Shown here: positions 18,044-28,276 of the stretch, one piece after another
How the letters are laid out: the number at the start of each line of letters is the position of its first letter
How positions within the stretch are numbered: position 1 is the stretch's first letter
Sequence record: MK799832.1
Length of the DNA stretch: 64,000 nt
Strand: one strand, 5' to 3'
Program-made: the position numbers and the translations under genes
The notes under the pieces: model-generated
Database searches by the model: none
Told to the model about the DNA's origin: nothing
What the model saw: the letters and a program-made list of their open reading frames with translations, nothing else

Positions 18044-19546
18044 ATGATAACCCCATCCCAATTCTTTAATGATACCAAGGAGATCATTGAAGTTGTAGAA
18101 GAATCTATTGAAGAAAAGCAGGCACTGGAAGAGGAAATTTCTCATTCAGTGTCTTTAATTGATGGTGCGTTCAAAAGTATTCAAGAAAATATTCTCTCTT
18201 CTAACAAGAAAGAACTGTCTGTATATAAGGGACAGGTATTAGAAGTTTATAATTTTTGCAACGACATCAAAGAGAATTTACTTCCTAGGTATAAGAAGGA
18301 AGTTATTCAATCTGATCTAAGAACAGATCAAAAAATTAAAGATCTCAAACAGGAGTTCTATGAAACTCTTGAAGAAAGAATTGAAGAGACCAAGGAAACC
18401 ATCAAGGTATACTTCAGAGAGGAAGTAAAGGATCTCAACAAACTCAGGGCAAGTGTTGTTCTGGTTGAAAGATATATTAAGGAAAACTCCTCAGCAATTG
18501 TCAGTCTGAGAGAGGAAGTATTTGCTCAACTTAGAGAGTCTAATAGTGATTCTGAAATTAATCAGATTGTCATTCAGGATAAGTTAGATGAGATAAGCAA
18601 AGAGTATGAGACGTTAAGTGAGGGACTTCTGAATGAACCACCCTCCACTAGTAATAGTGACCCACTCACACCATTAGATCAGAACTTTGTAACTCTGGAT
18701 CAGTTACAACAACACTACAAGGTATTTGTAAACAGAGTTCAACAACAACTGGCAACAGTTGGTGGTGGTGGTGAAGTCAGACTTGAGTTTCTGGATGACA
18801 TTGATAGATCCACTGCTCTGATTGATGGTAGAGTTCTTGCATACCAAGCATCTACTGGCAAGTTTATTGGAACTACCACTACCTCTGGTAGTGGACTTCC
18901 TTCTGGATCAGTAGGACAACTTCTACAACATGATGGTTCATCCTTTGTTGGTATTGCATCCACAGGATTTTCAGACTATGTAATTAGTGAAGGTCAAGGT
19001 TACTACGCATACACGACTGACTACTACACAGTTGGTGTTGCAAATACCACACAAGAAATTATTGAGGGAGAGTGGACACTTATTCAACCACAAGTAGCAT
19101 CTGGTGGTTTGTATAATTATCAACCAGGTCCCATGCTTAGATGCAATGCTGGTGATCCTTGGATTGGTATGGGTGCTACAATTGGTACAGGTCAGACAGA
19201 GTTCTCATTGGCAGGAACAAAACCTGGCACTTCATGTATTGTAAGATCAGTTTTTAGATTTGAACCTGATACTGATGAAACTGATTTGGATATGAGACTC
19301 CACTTCACTACTAATACAGCAACTCAAGGAACAGGACTCACTAACTTCAACATTGAGAAACAGGCACTGGTTATGACTGTTGGTGCTGCTGTCACATACA
19401 CCAGTGAAACATTAATCTCTTTCTTTGTTGGTGAGACATTGTATGGTGATACAAAGGCAGATGCAGGTTCATTCTGTGTTGAGGTAAATGGAACAACTGA
19501 TGGAACCCTAGAGATTCTGGGTTTAACTGTTATGGTAGACGTATAA
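18044..19546 (+). CDS. Virion structural protein (coiled-coil N-terminus, GGGGEVRL motif)
   Basis: ATAAATA late promoter at 17992; acidic coiled-coil then T/G-rich beta region. Confidence 0.55.
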   Translation: MITPSQFFNDTKEIIEVVEESIEEKQALEEEISHSVSLIDGAFKSIQENILSSNKKELSVYKGQVLEVYNFCNDIKENLLPRYKKEVIQSDLRTDQKIKDLKQEFYETLEERIEETKETIKVYFREEVKDLNKLRASVVLVERYIKENSSAIVSLREEVFAQLRESNSDSEINQIVIQDKLDEISKEYETLSEGLLNEPPSTSNSDPLTPLDQNFVTLDQLQQHYKVFVNRVQQQLATVGGGGEVRLEFLDDIDRSTALIDGRVLAYQASTGKFIGTTTTSGSGLPSGSVGQLLQHDGSSFVGIASTGFSDYVISEGQGYYAYTTDYYTVGVANTTQEIIEGEWTLIQPQVASGGLYNYQPGPMLRCNAGDPWIGMGATIGTGQTEFSLAGTKPGTSCIVRSVFRFEPDTDETDLDMRLHFTTNTATQGTGLTNFNIEKQALVMTVGAAVTYTSETLISFFVGETLYGDTKADAGSFCVEVNGTTDGTLEILGLTVMVDV

Positions 19547-19558
19547 GGAGGAAAACCA

Positions 19559-22114
19559 ATGGGAGTTAAAATTTACGCAGATACAAGTACTGGATTCCTC
19601 CACTTTGATGGTAGTAGAATCTCACCCAAACCACTGAATGGTGTTATTACAGCTTCTGCATCTAATAAAGCATTTAGAATTAGAATCACAAGAAGTGACC
19701 TTCTTCAAGCAAATGGTAACCCTAGGGTTATGTTCAAGCACCTGAAGATGAATAGGGTTGAAAGACAAGATGGTACAAATCTTCGTCTTGATCTTGGATA
19801 TAGCAGACAACAAATTATTGATTATATCAATACTGAAGCACAGAAGGTTGTTGAGACTGGTATTGAAGGTGTTGCAGTATGTATTGATGGTACTGTTGTA
19901 TCTTATGCTGCAACTACAATTGACTTTACTGGTAGTGCAGTTCAATCTCTTGAGGTAACTGGTGGTATTGCTACGATTTCTATTGCACAAACCACTGCTG
20001 TTGGTGGTGGTAGTTCATATGCAGATAGTGATGTAGATACTCATCTCAATGTTGGTCTTGCAAACACTGGTGATATTCTTACTTGGGGTGGTTCTGACTA
20101 TGAGTGGAGTGCTCCTTCCACTATTGGAGCAGGTAATCCTGTAGTTAATGGTTCTATCACTGGTGTAGGTAACAGTACTCTACGTCTCGTACTACAAGAT
20201 TCTAATGTTATTGATATTGATTTAAGTACTCTGAACACCACTGGTTCTGATGATGACATCAACACTAGGATTACCAAGGCAGTATCTTTTGCAAGAACTG
20301 AAACCACTTACTTGAGATATTCAGTAGGTAGTGCATCCAATAATATGTGGGATGCTGCATTCAGGACACCTGGTAGCACTCCATTGGGTATGGGATCAGC
20401 AGCAGATACTCATGTTTCTAATGATGGTAATGCACAACCCTTCGCACAAACTCTTATCTTCAGAAACGCAGGTATCAATACTGATAGAGACAGTGTTCTA
20501 GTTGGAGTTACTGATGGTGATGAAGCGGATATCATGGTTCCTGGTATAATTCATCATTATATTGGTATTAGTTCTACCAAGAAACTTGTTCATCACTGGG
20601 GTGAACCACACGTCCTAGGTATTGGCACTACTCAGGCTAACAGAGCAGAGTTGATGGATGTAAGTGATGATAAATTCTATGGTATCTTTATGGACTTTGA
20701 TGGACAGAGATTTGGTACTGGTGTTTCCACATCTCAACTGAATAGTCAGTTTAGATATAAAGTGGTTGATCTTTCAAGTGGAGATGTTACTGACTTAACA
20801 CCAAACTGGACACACTATGGTAAGAGTCAGGATGGTAATGGTGATTCGCGAGTGTATTCAAGATTAATGTATGGTGCTCTTGCTGGTACAAATAATAATA
20901 ATGTATCATCAGCATCAAATGTACATTTAAGATTTGAGGGTGATATTGCACAGGCAACTAGTATAACCTATCAACAGGGAGCAGTTTTGCTTGATGATAC
21001 ACAGGTAAGTTTGATGGTTCGTAACCCCGAGAAGTATCTCAGAGACTATAAGGTTGGTACTTCATCTAGAAGACCTTACTTTGATACTACTCAACTCTTC
21101 AAAGTGAGTTTTGCAAACTACCATTTCCAAGCAGCACAAGTTTGGCTAATGGGTGATGGTGATTATGATTCACTTGGTTCTTCTAGTGAACAGGGTGTCA
21201 GAAATTTTGTAAGACCAGACGCATATATGAGACTGAATTGGCCCAGTTATCCATCTTATACTGGATTCACAACTGTGAGTGTTACCGCTGGTCCTTCCTT
21301 TACGAATACAAAATCAACTAATTTTGAGAACCTGGATCATGCTACCAGGAATCGTCAAAGTGGTGAGTTCACTAACTTGATTAAGACATCTGGTCAGACG
21401 GCATCTGCATACACTCTGAGTTTCTGGTTCAGACCAGGTAACAACTCTCATGAGGATCAAAACATCTTTAACGCTTTTAGTCAATACAATACATTTGAGG
21501 GTACAAGTATCATCCAAGTGATGTACAATGGTAATACAGCATCAACTAGAAACATTAGATTCAAGGTTCAGGATCAGTCTGGTGGACTTGATGCAGATAA
21601 TTACAGACTTGACTTAGCTACACCTGTTGGTGATGTGACTCACACCAATGGTAGTAATGGTTTCCATCATATTGCTATCACCTGTGATGGTTCTGCTAAT
21701 GCATATACATCAGCAAGTCTTGGCATCAAGATCTATATCAATGGTGTACTCCAAACACTGACTGATAATAGTAATGGTGGTGGTATTGAAGATGTTCCAT
21801 CTGGTGGTGAGACTTTCTCTATTGCTCCAAATAAAATCGCACTTGGAAGACAACCAACCAATGCAAGATATATGAGAGATTCAAAGGTTGATGAACTCTC
21901 ATTCTTCAATACAGAACTCAATGCAACTGAAGTCGCTTGTCTGTATAATGGTGGTACTCCATCCAATCTTGCTAACTTCATTCCAGGACCAGCACACTGG
22001 TACAGAATGGGTGATGGTGATTCAGCACCAACTCTTGCAGATAGTATCGGTAACGCAGACCTGTCTATGACGAATATGTCTGACGCCAACTTTGTGACTA
22101 TAGTTCCTTCTTGA
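19559..22114 (+). CDS. Large structural protein with C-terminal LamG/ConA-like domain
   Basis: TLSFWFR...FHHIAIT...KIYINGV...VDELSFFNTELNA..V..LYNGG. Confidence 0.65.
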   Translation: MGVKIYADTSTGFLHFDGSRISPKPLNGVITASASNKAFRIRITRSDLLQANGNPRVMFKHLKMNRVERQDGTNLRLDLGYSRQQIIDYINTEAQKVVETGIEGVAVCIDGTVVSYAATTIDFTGSAVQSLEVTGGIATISIAQTTAVGGGSSYADSDVDTHLNVGLANTGDILTWGGSDYEWSAPSTIGAGNPVVNGSITGVGNSTLRLVLQDSNVIDIDLSTLNTTGSDDDINTRITKAVSFARTETTYLRYSVGSASNNMWDAAFRTPGSTPLGMGSAADTHVSNDGNAQPFAQTLIFRNAGINTDRDSVLVGVTDGDEADIMVPGIIHHYIGISSTKKLVHHWGEPHVLGIGTTQANRAELMDVSDDKFYGIFMDFDGQRFGTGVSTSQLNSQFRYKVVDLSSGDVTDLTPNWTHYGKSQDGNGDSRVYSRLMYGALAGTNNNNVSSASNVHLRFEGDIAQATSITYQQGAVLLDDTQVSLMVRNPEKYLRDYKVGTSSRRPYFDTTQLFKVSFANYHFQAAQVWLMGDGDYDSLGSSSEQGVRNFVRPDAYMRLNWPSYPSYTGFTTVSVTAGPSFTNTKSTNFENLDHATRNRQSGEFTNLIKTSGQTASAYTLSFWFRPGNNSHEDQNIFNAFSQYNTFEGTSIIQVMYNGNTASTRNIRFKVQDQSGGLDADNYRLDLATPVGDVTHTNGSNGFHHIAITCDGSANAYTSASLGIKIYINGVLQTLTDNSNGGGIEDVPSGGETFSIAPNKIALGRQPTNARYMRDSKVDELSFFNTELNATEVACLYNGGTPSNLANFIPGPAHWYRMGDGDSAPTLADSIGNADLSMTNMSDANFVTIVPS

Positions 22115-22161
22115 CTTATCTGGTGATCTGAAGTAGTATTATCTCACCTACATAAGTCAGT

Positions 22162-22335
22162 ATGGAAGTCTTCACGGTGCAAGAATTTCAAGAGAATTGG
22201 GACGAGCTTATAGACAGGGTAGAGAACGGAGAGATATTCGGAATAGTAAATGAAAATGGATCTGCAGCAGTGATAATGCCAACTGACGATCCATTGTACA
22301 AAATGTACTCAGAAAATAATAACGAAGCTCCCTAG
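22162..22335 (+). CDS. Small Phd/YefM-like hypothetical protein
   Basis: MEVFTVQEFQENWDELIDRVENGE..IV..NG..AVIMP, translated by hand. Confidence 0.5.
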   Translation: MEVFTVQEFQENWDELIDRVENGEIFGIVNENGSAAVIMPTDDPLYKMYSENNNEAP

Positions 22336-22406
22336 GGACTGTCGCCTAACGGTTAAGGCCCACTGCTTATAACGGTGTGACCTGGGTTCAATTCCCAGCA
22401 GTCCTA
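22335..22406 (+). tRNA. tRNA-Ile(TAT)
   Basis: Cloverleaf, CT-TAT-AA loop. Confidence 0.88.
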
Positions 22407-22410
22407 CCTT

Positions 22411-22483
22411 GGGGGATTAGCAATCTGGTGAATGCACCGAACTCATAATTCGGCTAAGGTGGGTTCGATCCCCTCATCCCCCA
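22411..22483 (+). tRNA. tRNA with CAT anticodon (Met or Ile2)
   Basis: Cloverleaf, CT-CAT-AA loop. Confidence 0.88.
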
Positions 22484-22558
22484 TTGGACAGTTTAATTAC
22501 TGTCCTCTTGACTCACAAGGTCAAAACCCTTATACTACTAAGGTCAACACGCAAGACA

Positions 22559-22774
22559 ATGACAATCACTTCTAAGTTCAAAAAAGACATCACGACTCTT
22601 CGTTCCGCAGTGAATGGAGACTTCTTCCTTGACGTTAAGAATCCGAAACTTTTCAAAAAGGTCCGTAAGTTTTATGAGAACGACGGTGTAACTTTTTCTG
22701 GTGACCCTCTGGACGACTATGATATTCTCATCGATTGTTTGGCGGAGGACCTGGAACTTCAAGAGGTGGAGTGA
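22559..22774 (+). CDS. Conserved hypothetical protein
   Basis: ATG 22559 after promoter TTGACT...TATACT. Confidence 0.65.
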   Translation: MTITSKFKKDITTLRSAVNGDFFLDVKNPKLFKKVRKFYENDGVTFSGDPLDDYDILIDCLAEDLELQEVE

Positions 22775-23010
22775 TGAAGATTCTCCTTGAGAGATTCCCT
22801 TATCGTTATGTTGAATGTGGAACCCTAGAAAATGGGTTCCCTGACTATCGTATTCAAAAAGCTGATAGTTGGACTAAACGTTACAGTGACATGTATCTTC
22901 TAGACAATCAGATGCAACTCTTGACTGCAATGGAAGATCATGAGTATACTAAATGGCTTGATCCAGATGGTGTACCTTGTTACATCAAAGACAGGGTGTC
23001 AAATAAATAG
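22774..23010 (+). CDS. Conserved hypothetical protein
   Basis: GTGATG coupling; MKILLERFPYRYVE. Confidence 0.65.
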   Translation: MKILLERFPYRYVECGTLENGFPDYRIQKADSWTKRYSDMYLLDNQMQLLTAMEDHEYTKWLDPDGVPCYIKDRVSNK

Positions 23011-23034
23011 GTTAGAATTAAATCTATAACTATT

Positions 23035-23274
23035 ATGGCAACGAAAAGAACATCCTCTACTGGTGCATACATGAGTCAGTATGACCAGGAAGTTGAGAGC
23101 AGACTGAAGGCTCTTGAAGAAGCAGTAGCTGAGTTGAAGTCGGCGTGTCAAGCAAAGGCTGAAGCACCTGCAGCTGCACCTTCTGGTCTTGAGGGTAAGT
23201 TTGATGAACTTGTTAGAGTTTTGAAAATGAACGAAGGTCTTAATATCTCTAAGCTTTCGAAGGGTGCTCTTTGA
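23035..23274 (+). CDS. Coiled-coil hypothetical protein
   Basis: ORF track; TAAATA upstream. Confidence 0.6.
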   Translation: MATKRTSSTGAYMSQYDQEVESRLKALEEAVAELKSACQAKAEAPAAAPSGLEGKFDELVRVLKMNEGLNISKLSKGAL

Positions 23275-23621
23275 TGAACGTGGTTGATAAACCATGGGGA
23301 TTCTATGTTGACCTTGAGAGAAATCCTTTCAGGGTCATCAAAAGAATCAAAGTCTCTCCCAACCAGAAACTGTCCCTACAGAAACATAAGAACAGAAGCG
23401 AATTCTGGTTTATATTGTCTGGGTTTGGTAGAGTCACTCTTGGTAATCATACATTTCCTGCAGGACACGAAAATCATTTCCACATTCCTAGGAATATGAT
23501 TCATAGGATGGAGGCTGGACCAGAAGGGATTATGTTCCTTGAGGTTCAGTCAGGAGACTGTAGAGAAGACGATATCATCAGACTTCAGGATGATTATGGT
23601 AGAGTCACGGAGGGACTATAA
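23271..23621 (+). CDS. Mannose-6-phosphate isomerase-like cupin
   Basis: KPWG...LSLQKHKNRSEFW...EVQSG..EDDIIRLQDDYGR. Confidence 0.85.
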   Translation: MMNVVDKPWGFYVDLERNPFRVIKRIKVSPNQKLSLQKHKNRSEFWFILSGFGRVTLGNHTFPAGHENHFHIPRNMIHRMEAGPEGIMFLEVQSGDCREDDIIRLQDDYGRVTEGL

Positions 23622-23806
23622 CAGCACTGGTCGGTGAAGGGAGGCCCCTTCAATCCCGCGTTTCTTAGTTCGTAAAACTAAGTGGTGGAGTCACTGGACC
23701 CAACTGAGTTTACTAATTCTCCAAAGATTAGTTGGTGCGGATGGAGGAAACTCCCGCCTGAGATTTAGTTATTACTCAGTGATAAAAATAACTTGGCGAG
23801 CCTGAG
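23622..23806 (+). ncRNA. wcaG-like structured RNA (three hairpin + TGGYG units)
   Basis: TGGTG 23683, TGGTG 23733 and TGGCG 23794, each after an A/T-rich hairpin; UGGYG copies are my recollection of the cyanophage wcaG motif. Confidence 0.55.
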
Positions 23807-23810
23807 TACC

Positions 23811-23837
23811 AAAGATGGGTCACACCCATCTTTTTTT
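23811..23837 (+). terminator. Intrinsic terminator
   Basis: AAAGATGGGT-CAC-ACCCATCTTT plus T run. Confidence 0.75.
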
Positions 23838-23850
23838 ATATCTTCATAAA

Positions 23851-24423
23851 ATGATTAAAAATTTTCGAAGTCCATTTCTATTTCATAGGAATGTTCCTAA
23901 TCATAAAAGAATCAAAGAAGATGTACTACCCAAAATAAAATCGGAACTTGAGAATAAAGAGAAGTATCATAATGTAGGATCTTGGAATGCTGAAGTATAC
24001 ACATCATTCAATTATAGACTTGATTTCCTACATGATCCCAAGTTTATTGATAGTGTCATCTGGGATTCTATGGATCAAATGGTTGGTGAACTACTTGATG
24101 ATAAATCTTTAACAACATATCCTCAATCAAGTAATTGTAAATCTATTTGGTTTAATTATTATGAACCTGGTGGATTTCAGGAAGTTCATGATCACCTAGG
24201 TGAGAATGTTTCATTCTCTGGAATTTATTTACTTCATGTGGAAGAACCAAATACTACTTTCTTCTACAATCCAAATTCAAATTCGTATCTCGCACATACA
24301 ATCAATACAAAAGATTATGAAGAGGGGTCTGTTTTAATATTCCCATCATCACTTTTACATTATGTGAATCCTGTAAAGGATCATAGATATACGATTTCAT
24401 TTAATATTGTAAGTAATTTCTAG
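23851..24423 (+). CDS. 2OG-Fe(II) oxygenase-like protein
   Basis: WFNYYEPGGFQEVHDH..FSGIY...EGSVLIFPSSLLHYV...RYTISFN. Confidence 0.8.
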   Translation: MIKNFRSPFLFHRNVPNHKRIKEDVLPKIKSELENKEKYHNVGSWNAEVYTSFNYRLDFLHDPKFIDSVIWDSMDQMVGELLDDKSLTTYPQSSNCKSIWFNYYEPGGFQEVHDHLGENVSFSGIYLLHVEEPNTTFFYNPNSNSYLAHTINTKDYEEGSVLIFPSSLLHYVNPVKDHRYTISFNIVSNF

Positions 24424-24623
24424 GAGTCTTGACAAAGGGCTCCTTTTTTCATACAATACATACTATGTGGTTATGATCTTTGATAATGAAGATTGGACCT
24501 TCATCTTCTACTCTGTGTTGTTCACAGATGATGTAGACGATGACGATAACGGTCCCGATAGTGGTTTAATGCAACCAGTATATGAGGGTGTCTAATAAAT
24601 AATTACACCCTTATTTTCTACTC

Positions 24624-24923
24624 ATGCTTGGCAAACCAAAAAAAGTAGAAGAGAAGGACCAAGATGAAGATAAGAGTGAGGTACTAGGTAATCTAGTCAA
24701 AGTTGTTGTACTTATTTGGTCTGCATCTCTTCTTACATTCAGTTACGTAAGACTCCCAAATGGTCAGAAGATTCTTGACTTCGACCCTACTTTTATCGCA
24801 TCAGTATTCTCAGGCTCTCTTGCAGCTTTCGGATTGTCACCAGCCAAAACTGGTGGTGGTCAACCAGCCAAAAAGAAAGAAGGAGAACCACCTGTTCAAT
24901 CTACAATAGAACCTAAAAAGTAA
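24624..24923 (+). CDS. Two-TM membrane protein
   Basis: Two hydrophobic helices; late promoter motif upstream. Confidence 0.65.
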   Translation: MLGKPKKVEEKDQDEDKSEVLGNLVKVVVLIWSASLLTFSYVRLPNGQKILDFDPTFIASVFSGSLAAFGLSPAKTGGGQPAKKKEGEPPVQSTIEPKK

Positions 24924-24925
24924 AA

Positions 24926-25135
24926 TTGTATCGAGAACCACACCTTCAAAAGAAGTCTGACGAATGTGCAGACCTCTGGAGGGTGTGGTTTTCTTTATTT
25001 CAGACAAGAAATCCAAACGATCCTGACAGAAAGAAAGCAAGACAAGAATGGTTAAAATGTTGTAAAGAGTTCGGAGAAATGATAAGTCAGGAAGTCAAGA
25101 CAAACGATAGGTATAAACACACATCTCTTGAATAG
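24926..25135 (+). CDS. Hypothetical protein
   Basis: ORF track. Confidence 0.5.
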   Translation: MYREPHLQKKSDECADLWRVWFSLFQTRNPNDPDRKKARQEWLKCCKEFGEMISQEVKTNDRYKHTSLE

Positions 25136-25157
25136 ATAGTGTAGTTGTAAGAGTTAT

Positions 25158-25481
25158 ATGAAGTTTATTTTTGCTCTTCTCGCTACAATTTTATTTTCCT
25201 CTCCAGTATGGGCAGTTGATGTTCAAATGGGTTACGATGGTAATCTAGTTTTTGAACCTGCTGAAATTTCTATTGCTGCTGGTGAGTCAGTACATTTTAT
25301 TAATAATATGCTTCCTCCTCACAATGTTGTGGTAGAAGACCATCCCGAATTGGGTCACGAAGCTCTGGCAATGTTACCAGGTGAAGACTTTACTGTTGAA
25401 TTTCCTGAGTCAGGTGACTATACTTATTGGTGTGGACCACATAAAGGTGCAGGAATGATCGGTACAGTACATGTCGAATGA
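25158..25481 (+). CDS. petE: Plastocyanin
   Basis: Signal peptide, PHNVV, YWCGPHKGAGM copper ligands. Confidence 0.95.
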   Translation: MKFIFALLATILFSSPVWAVDVQMGYDGNLVFEPAEISIAAGESVHFINNMLPPHNVVVEDHPELGHEALAMLPGEDFTVEFPESGDYTYWCGPHKGAGMIGTVHVE

Positions 25482-26183
25482 ATCAAGACGAAAAAAGAGA
25501 ATTCTATAAGTCACTTAGAGAAAGGGTTTATCAATTAAGGATGGCATATCTTTTTGAGGAACCCTGTCCTCTTTATGAAGAGGATGATGAATGGTGGTCA
25601 TGCAAACTATTCTACGACAACGATGAGGACGATGGAACTTGCTGACTTTTTAGTTTGGATATGTGTCCCATTTGTAGTTACAACACTTTGCTTTGGTTTT
25701 ATCAAGGGAGAGAACGATTACTACGACTCGGACGACTATGATGGAAATGGAACCGCGCATTAAGATGAGGTACATCTTTGCTATGAGTTCATTCTCAAGA
25801 ATGTATGGTGTACCTTATGTCGAATCACATACTGATGTTTCAAGATTTTGTATGACTTGGGCTGGTACAGAAGAAGAAGCTCCTTTAGATAGACTTTCTT
25901 CAGTTGATTTCTATTTTAGAGACCTTTGGTTACAGTGGGGAAATGGAAATGTCAATTAGTACACAAATAGTACAACAGTTTGTCATCATAATGATTCCAA
26001 TTTCATTTGGATTCATTTTATTTTGTATAGCCGCATTTACAGACCAATGATTCTATTTGTACGTCACTGGATGGAATCTCCTCCTGCATTAGGATTCTTG
26101 GGATTCATTTTAATATTTGTACCTATTCTAGGTATGTGGGCAGTCCATAAATATGGTTGGGAACATTGGGCACCCTTTGACAA

Positions 26184-26393
26184 ATGAAACCCATGATACT
26201 AGTAGCTTGTTTCTTACCACTAGTGATAATCTGGGTGGTTATGAAATTAAGTCTGTGGATCTTTGCAGTAAACGAAGAGCAGAGTTATGTCAAAGCAGAA
26301 TCCAGAAAACCCCATGGACCCTATGTGGCAAATCCATATGAGGACGTTGACGAAGAGGATGAAGAATATGGAGATCGCACAGACTATCGATGA
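26184..26393 (+). CDS. Small membrane protein
   Basis: N-terminal TM helix, acidic tail. Confidence 0.55.
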   Translation: MKPMILVACFLPLVIIWVVMKLSLWIFAVNEEQSYVKAESRKPHGPYVANPYEDVDEEDEEYGDRTDYR

Positions 26394-26649
26394 TTCCCTC
26401 TATCAATATTATGTGGTAGAAAAAAATGAAAAAGTTCCTAACTGGAGATATATCAAAGATCAAGATTGGTGGATTGAGTATCTTATCAAATTAGGTATTG
26501 ACCCCAAAAATCCATGAATCTTTTCCTTAGACCCCTGAATAATGTAAACGACGTAACATGGAGTGTTGTCATTTGTTTGATAGCACTCCTTTGTGGTGTT
26601 GGGTATTACATATATACGTTAATAGATCTATCCAATAGGGAGATGTCGA

Positions 26650-27108
26650 ATGGGAGCAATGACACCACCAAGTCGTAAGAGTTGTTACAATTTCAGAGTC
26701 ATCTCTATAGATAGAGTGTTGGATGGGGACACAATCGATGTCACAATCGATCTCGGTTTTGACCTTTATAAAAAAGAAAGAGTTAGAGTTGCTGGTGTGG
26801 ACACGCCAGAGAAAAGAACCAAAGACCTTGAAGAAAAGGAGCTAGGTATTCATGCGACTAACTGGCTTAAAGATAAACTGGAAGGTGCTATCAGTGGAGA
26901 TGATGATCTCGTTATTCGCACTGAGCTTGTTGGTGGGGTCGGTAAGTACGGTCGCCTTCTTGGCTGGCTTTATGTCGGGGACGGCGAGTTGTCCCTTAAC
27001 GAACAAATGATTACTGAAGGTTACGCGTGGCCCTACGCAGGCGGAACAAAGAAAAAAGATTTTGAGGAATTGCGTGAGATACGCAAGGCACACGGAACTC
27101 TTGTCTGA
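26650..27108 (+). CDS. Thermonuclease (SNase-like)
   Basis: DGDTIDV...RVAGVDTPE...GKYGRLLGW...LNEQMITEGYA. Confidence 0.85.
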   Translation: MGAMTPPSRKSCYNFRVISIDRVLDGDTIDVTIDLGFDLYKKERVRVAGVDTPEKRTKDLEEKELGIHATNWLKDKLEGAISGDDDLVIRTELVGGVGKYGRLLGWLYVGDGELSLNEQMITEGYAWPYAGGTKKKDFEELREIRKAHGTLV

Positions 27109-27154
27109 CCTTATGGTGGTTGATTTATAAATACTATTGTGTTATAATAATAGT

Positions 27155-27580
27155 ATGAAACATAAACACCATATTATACCCCGACACTTGGGCGGCACTG
27201 ATGACCCTGATAACATTGTAGAGTTGTCAGTAGAGGAACATGCTGCAGCCCATTGGAAATTATATGAAGAGCATGGGCATGAGTATGATAGAATTGCCGC
27301 CTCTGGTTTAGATAAACTTATAGGTAAAGAAGAGATTAGAAGACAAGTTATTAGTGCCGCAAATAAAGGTAAGATACCCTGGAACAAAGGAAAGAAGACT
27401 GGACCTAACCCCGCCATTGTAGCATCAAATAAGAGGAGAGTTTTTACAGAAGAACAATTAGAAAAGATGCGTGCCGCGGGTAAAAAGAACAAGGGGAGAA
27501 AACGCCCAGACTTGGCCGAGAGAAATAGAAATAAAGATATGTCGAAAGTCAAGAGAGATAGTAATGGTAAGTTTATATGA
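27155..27580 (+). mobile_element. HNH homing endonuclease with NUMOD3-like motifs
   Basis: HKHHIIPRHLGGTDDPDN...EEHAAAH; PWNKGKK; TATAAATA 27126-27133. Confidence 0.8.
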
Positions 27581-27653
27581 TAAGTGGTATTTTTGTATAC
27601 GGATTTTTAATTCTTCTTTGTATTACAATGGAATTAACATGGACTAGAAGATC

Positions 27654-27872
27654 ATGATTGGTTTATATCTTACAGTCACAATTGTTGTTCTCCTGGTAGC
27701 ATACGCAGGATTTGACAACACAATGAAATTGTTTGCTTACATTGATTTACAATTAAGATTCATTCCACTTCGTATCAAGATGGAATTAATGAAAAGAAAG
27801 TTGGAGAAACAACTTCTTATAGATAGAGAAGAACTTTTTAAAAAGGTAGAAGAAAATGCAAAAGATCATTAA
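27654..27872 (+). CDS. Membrane-anchored hypothetical protein
   Basis: N-terminal TM. Confidence 0.55.
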   Translation: MIGLYLTVTIVVLLVAYAGFDNTMKLFAYIDLQLRFIPLRIKMELMKRKLEKQLLIDREELFKKVEENAKDH

Positions 27873-28113
27873 TGGTATTGCATTACTTTCAGGTCTTGTA
27901 TCACTGGGCGTAGTCGTAGGTGGTACATGGATCTACCTTGAGAAAGATAACATGATTCATAATGTGAAGACTCAAATGATTAATGGTGTTACTGAGTCAA
28001 TCACAAATGCATTACCTGGTATGTTGGATGCAGCAATGCCAGAACTACCTGATGCAACAGGTGATGTTATCAAATCGTCACCAAATGTAACAGGTGGAGT
28101 TGTTCCTTTCTGA
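27856..28113 (+). CDS. Membrane-anchored hypothetical protein
   Basis: MQKIINGIALLSGLVS TM start. Confidence 0.6.
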   Translation: MQKIINGIALLSGLVSLGVVVGGTWIYLEKDNMIHNVKTQMINGVTESITNALPGMLDAAMPELPDATGDVIKSSPNVTGGVVPF

Positions 28114-28276
28114 AAATTTGATGAGATTTGTTAAATAAAAACTAATTGAATTAGTTCAATGAAGTTTTTAATCTTGTTTCTCCTGGCATCACCCTCTTAT
28201 GCTTTGACTGAGGGATCGTTAATGAATCAACCTTGTCCCACAACATTAGCTAGTGCTACAGTAGTAGGTGAACTAG

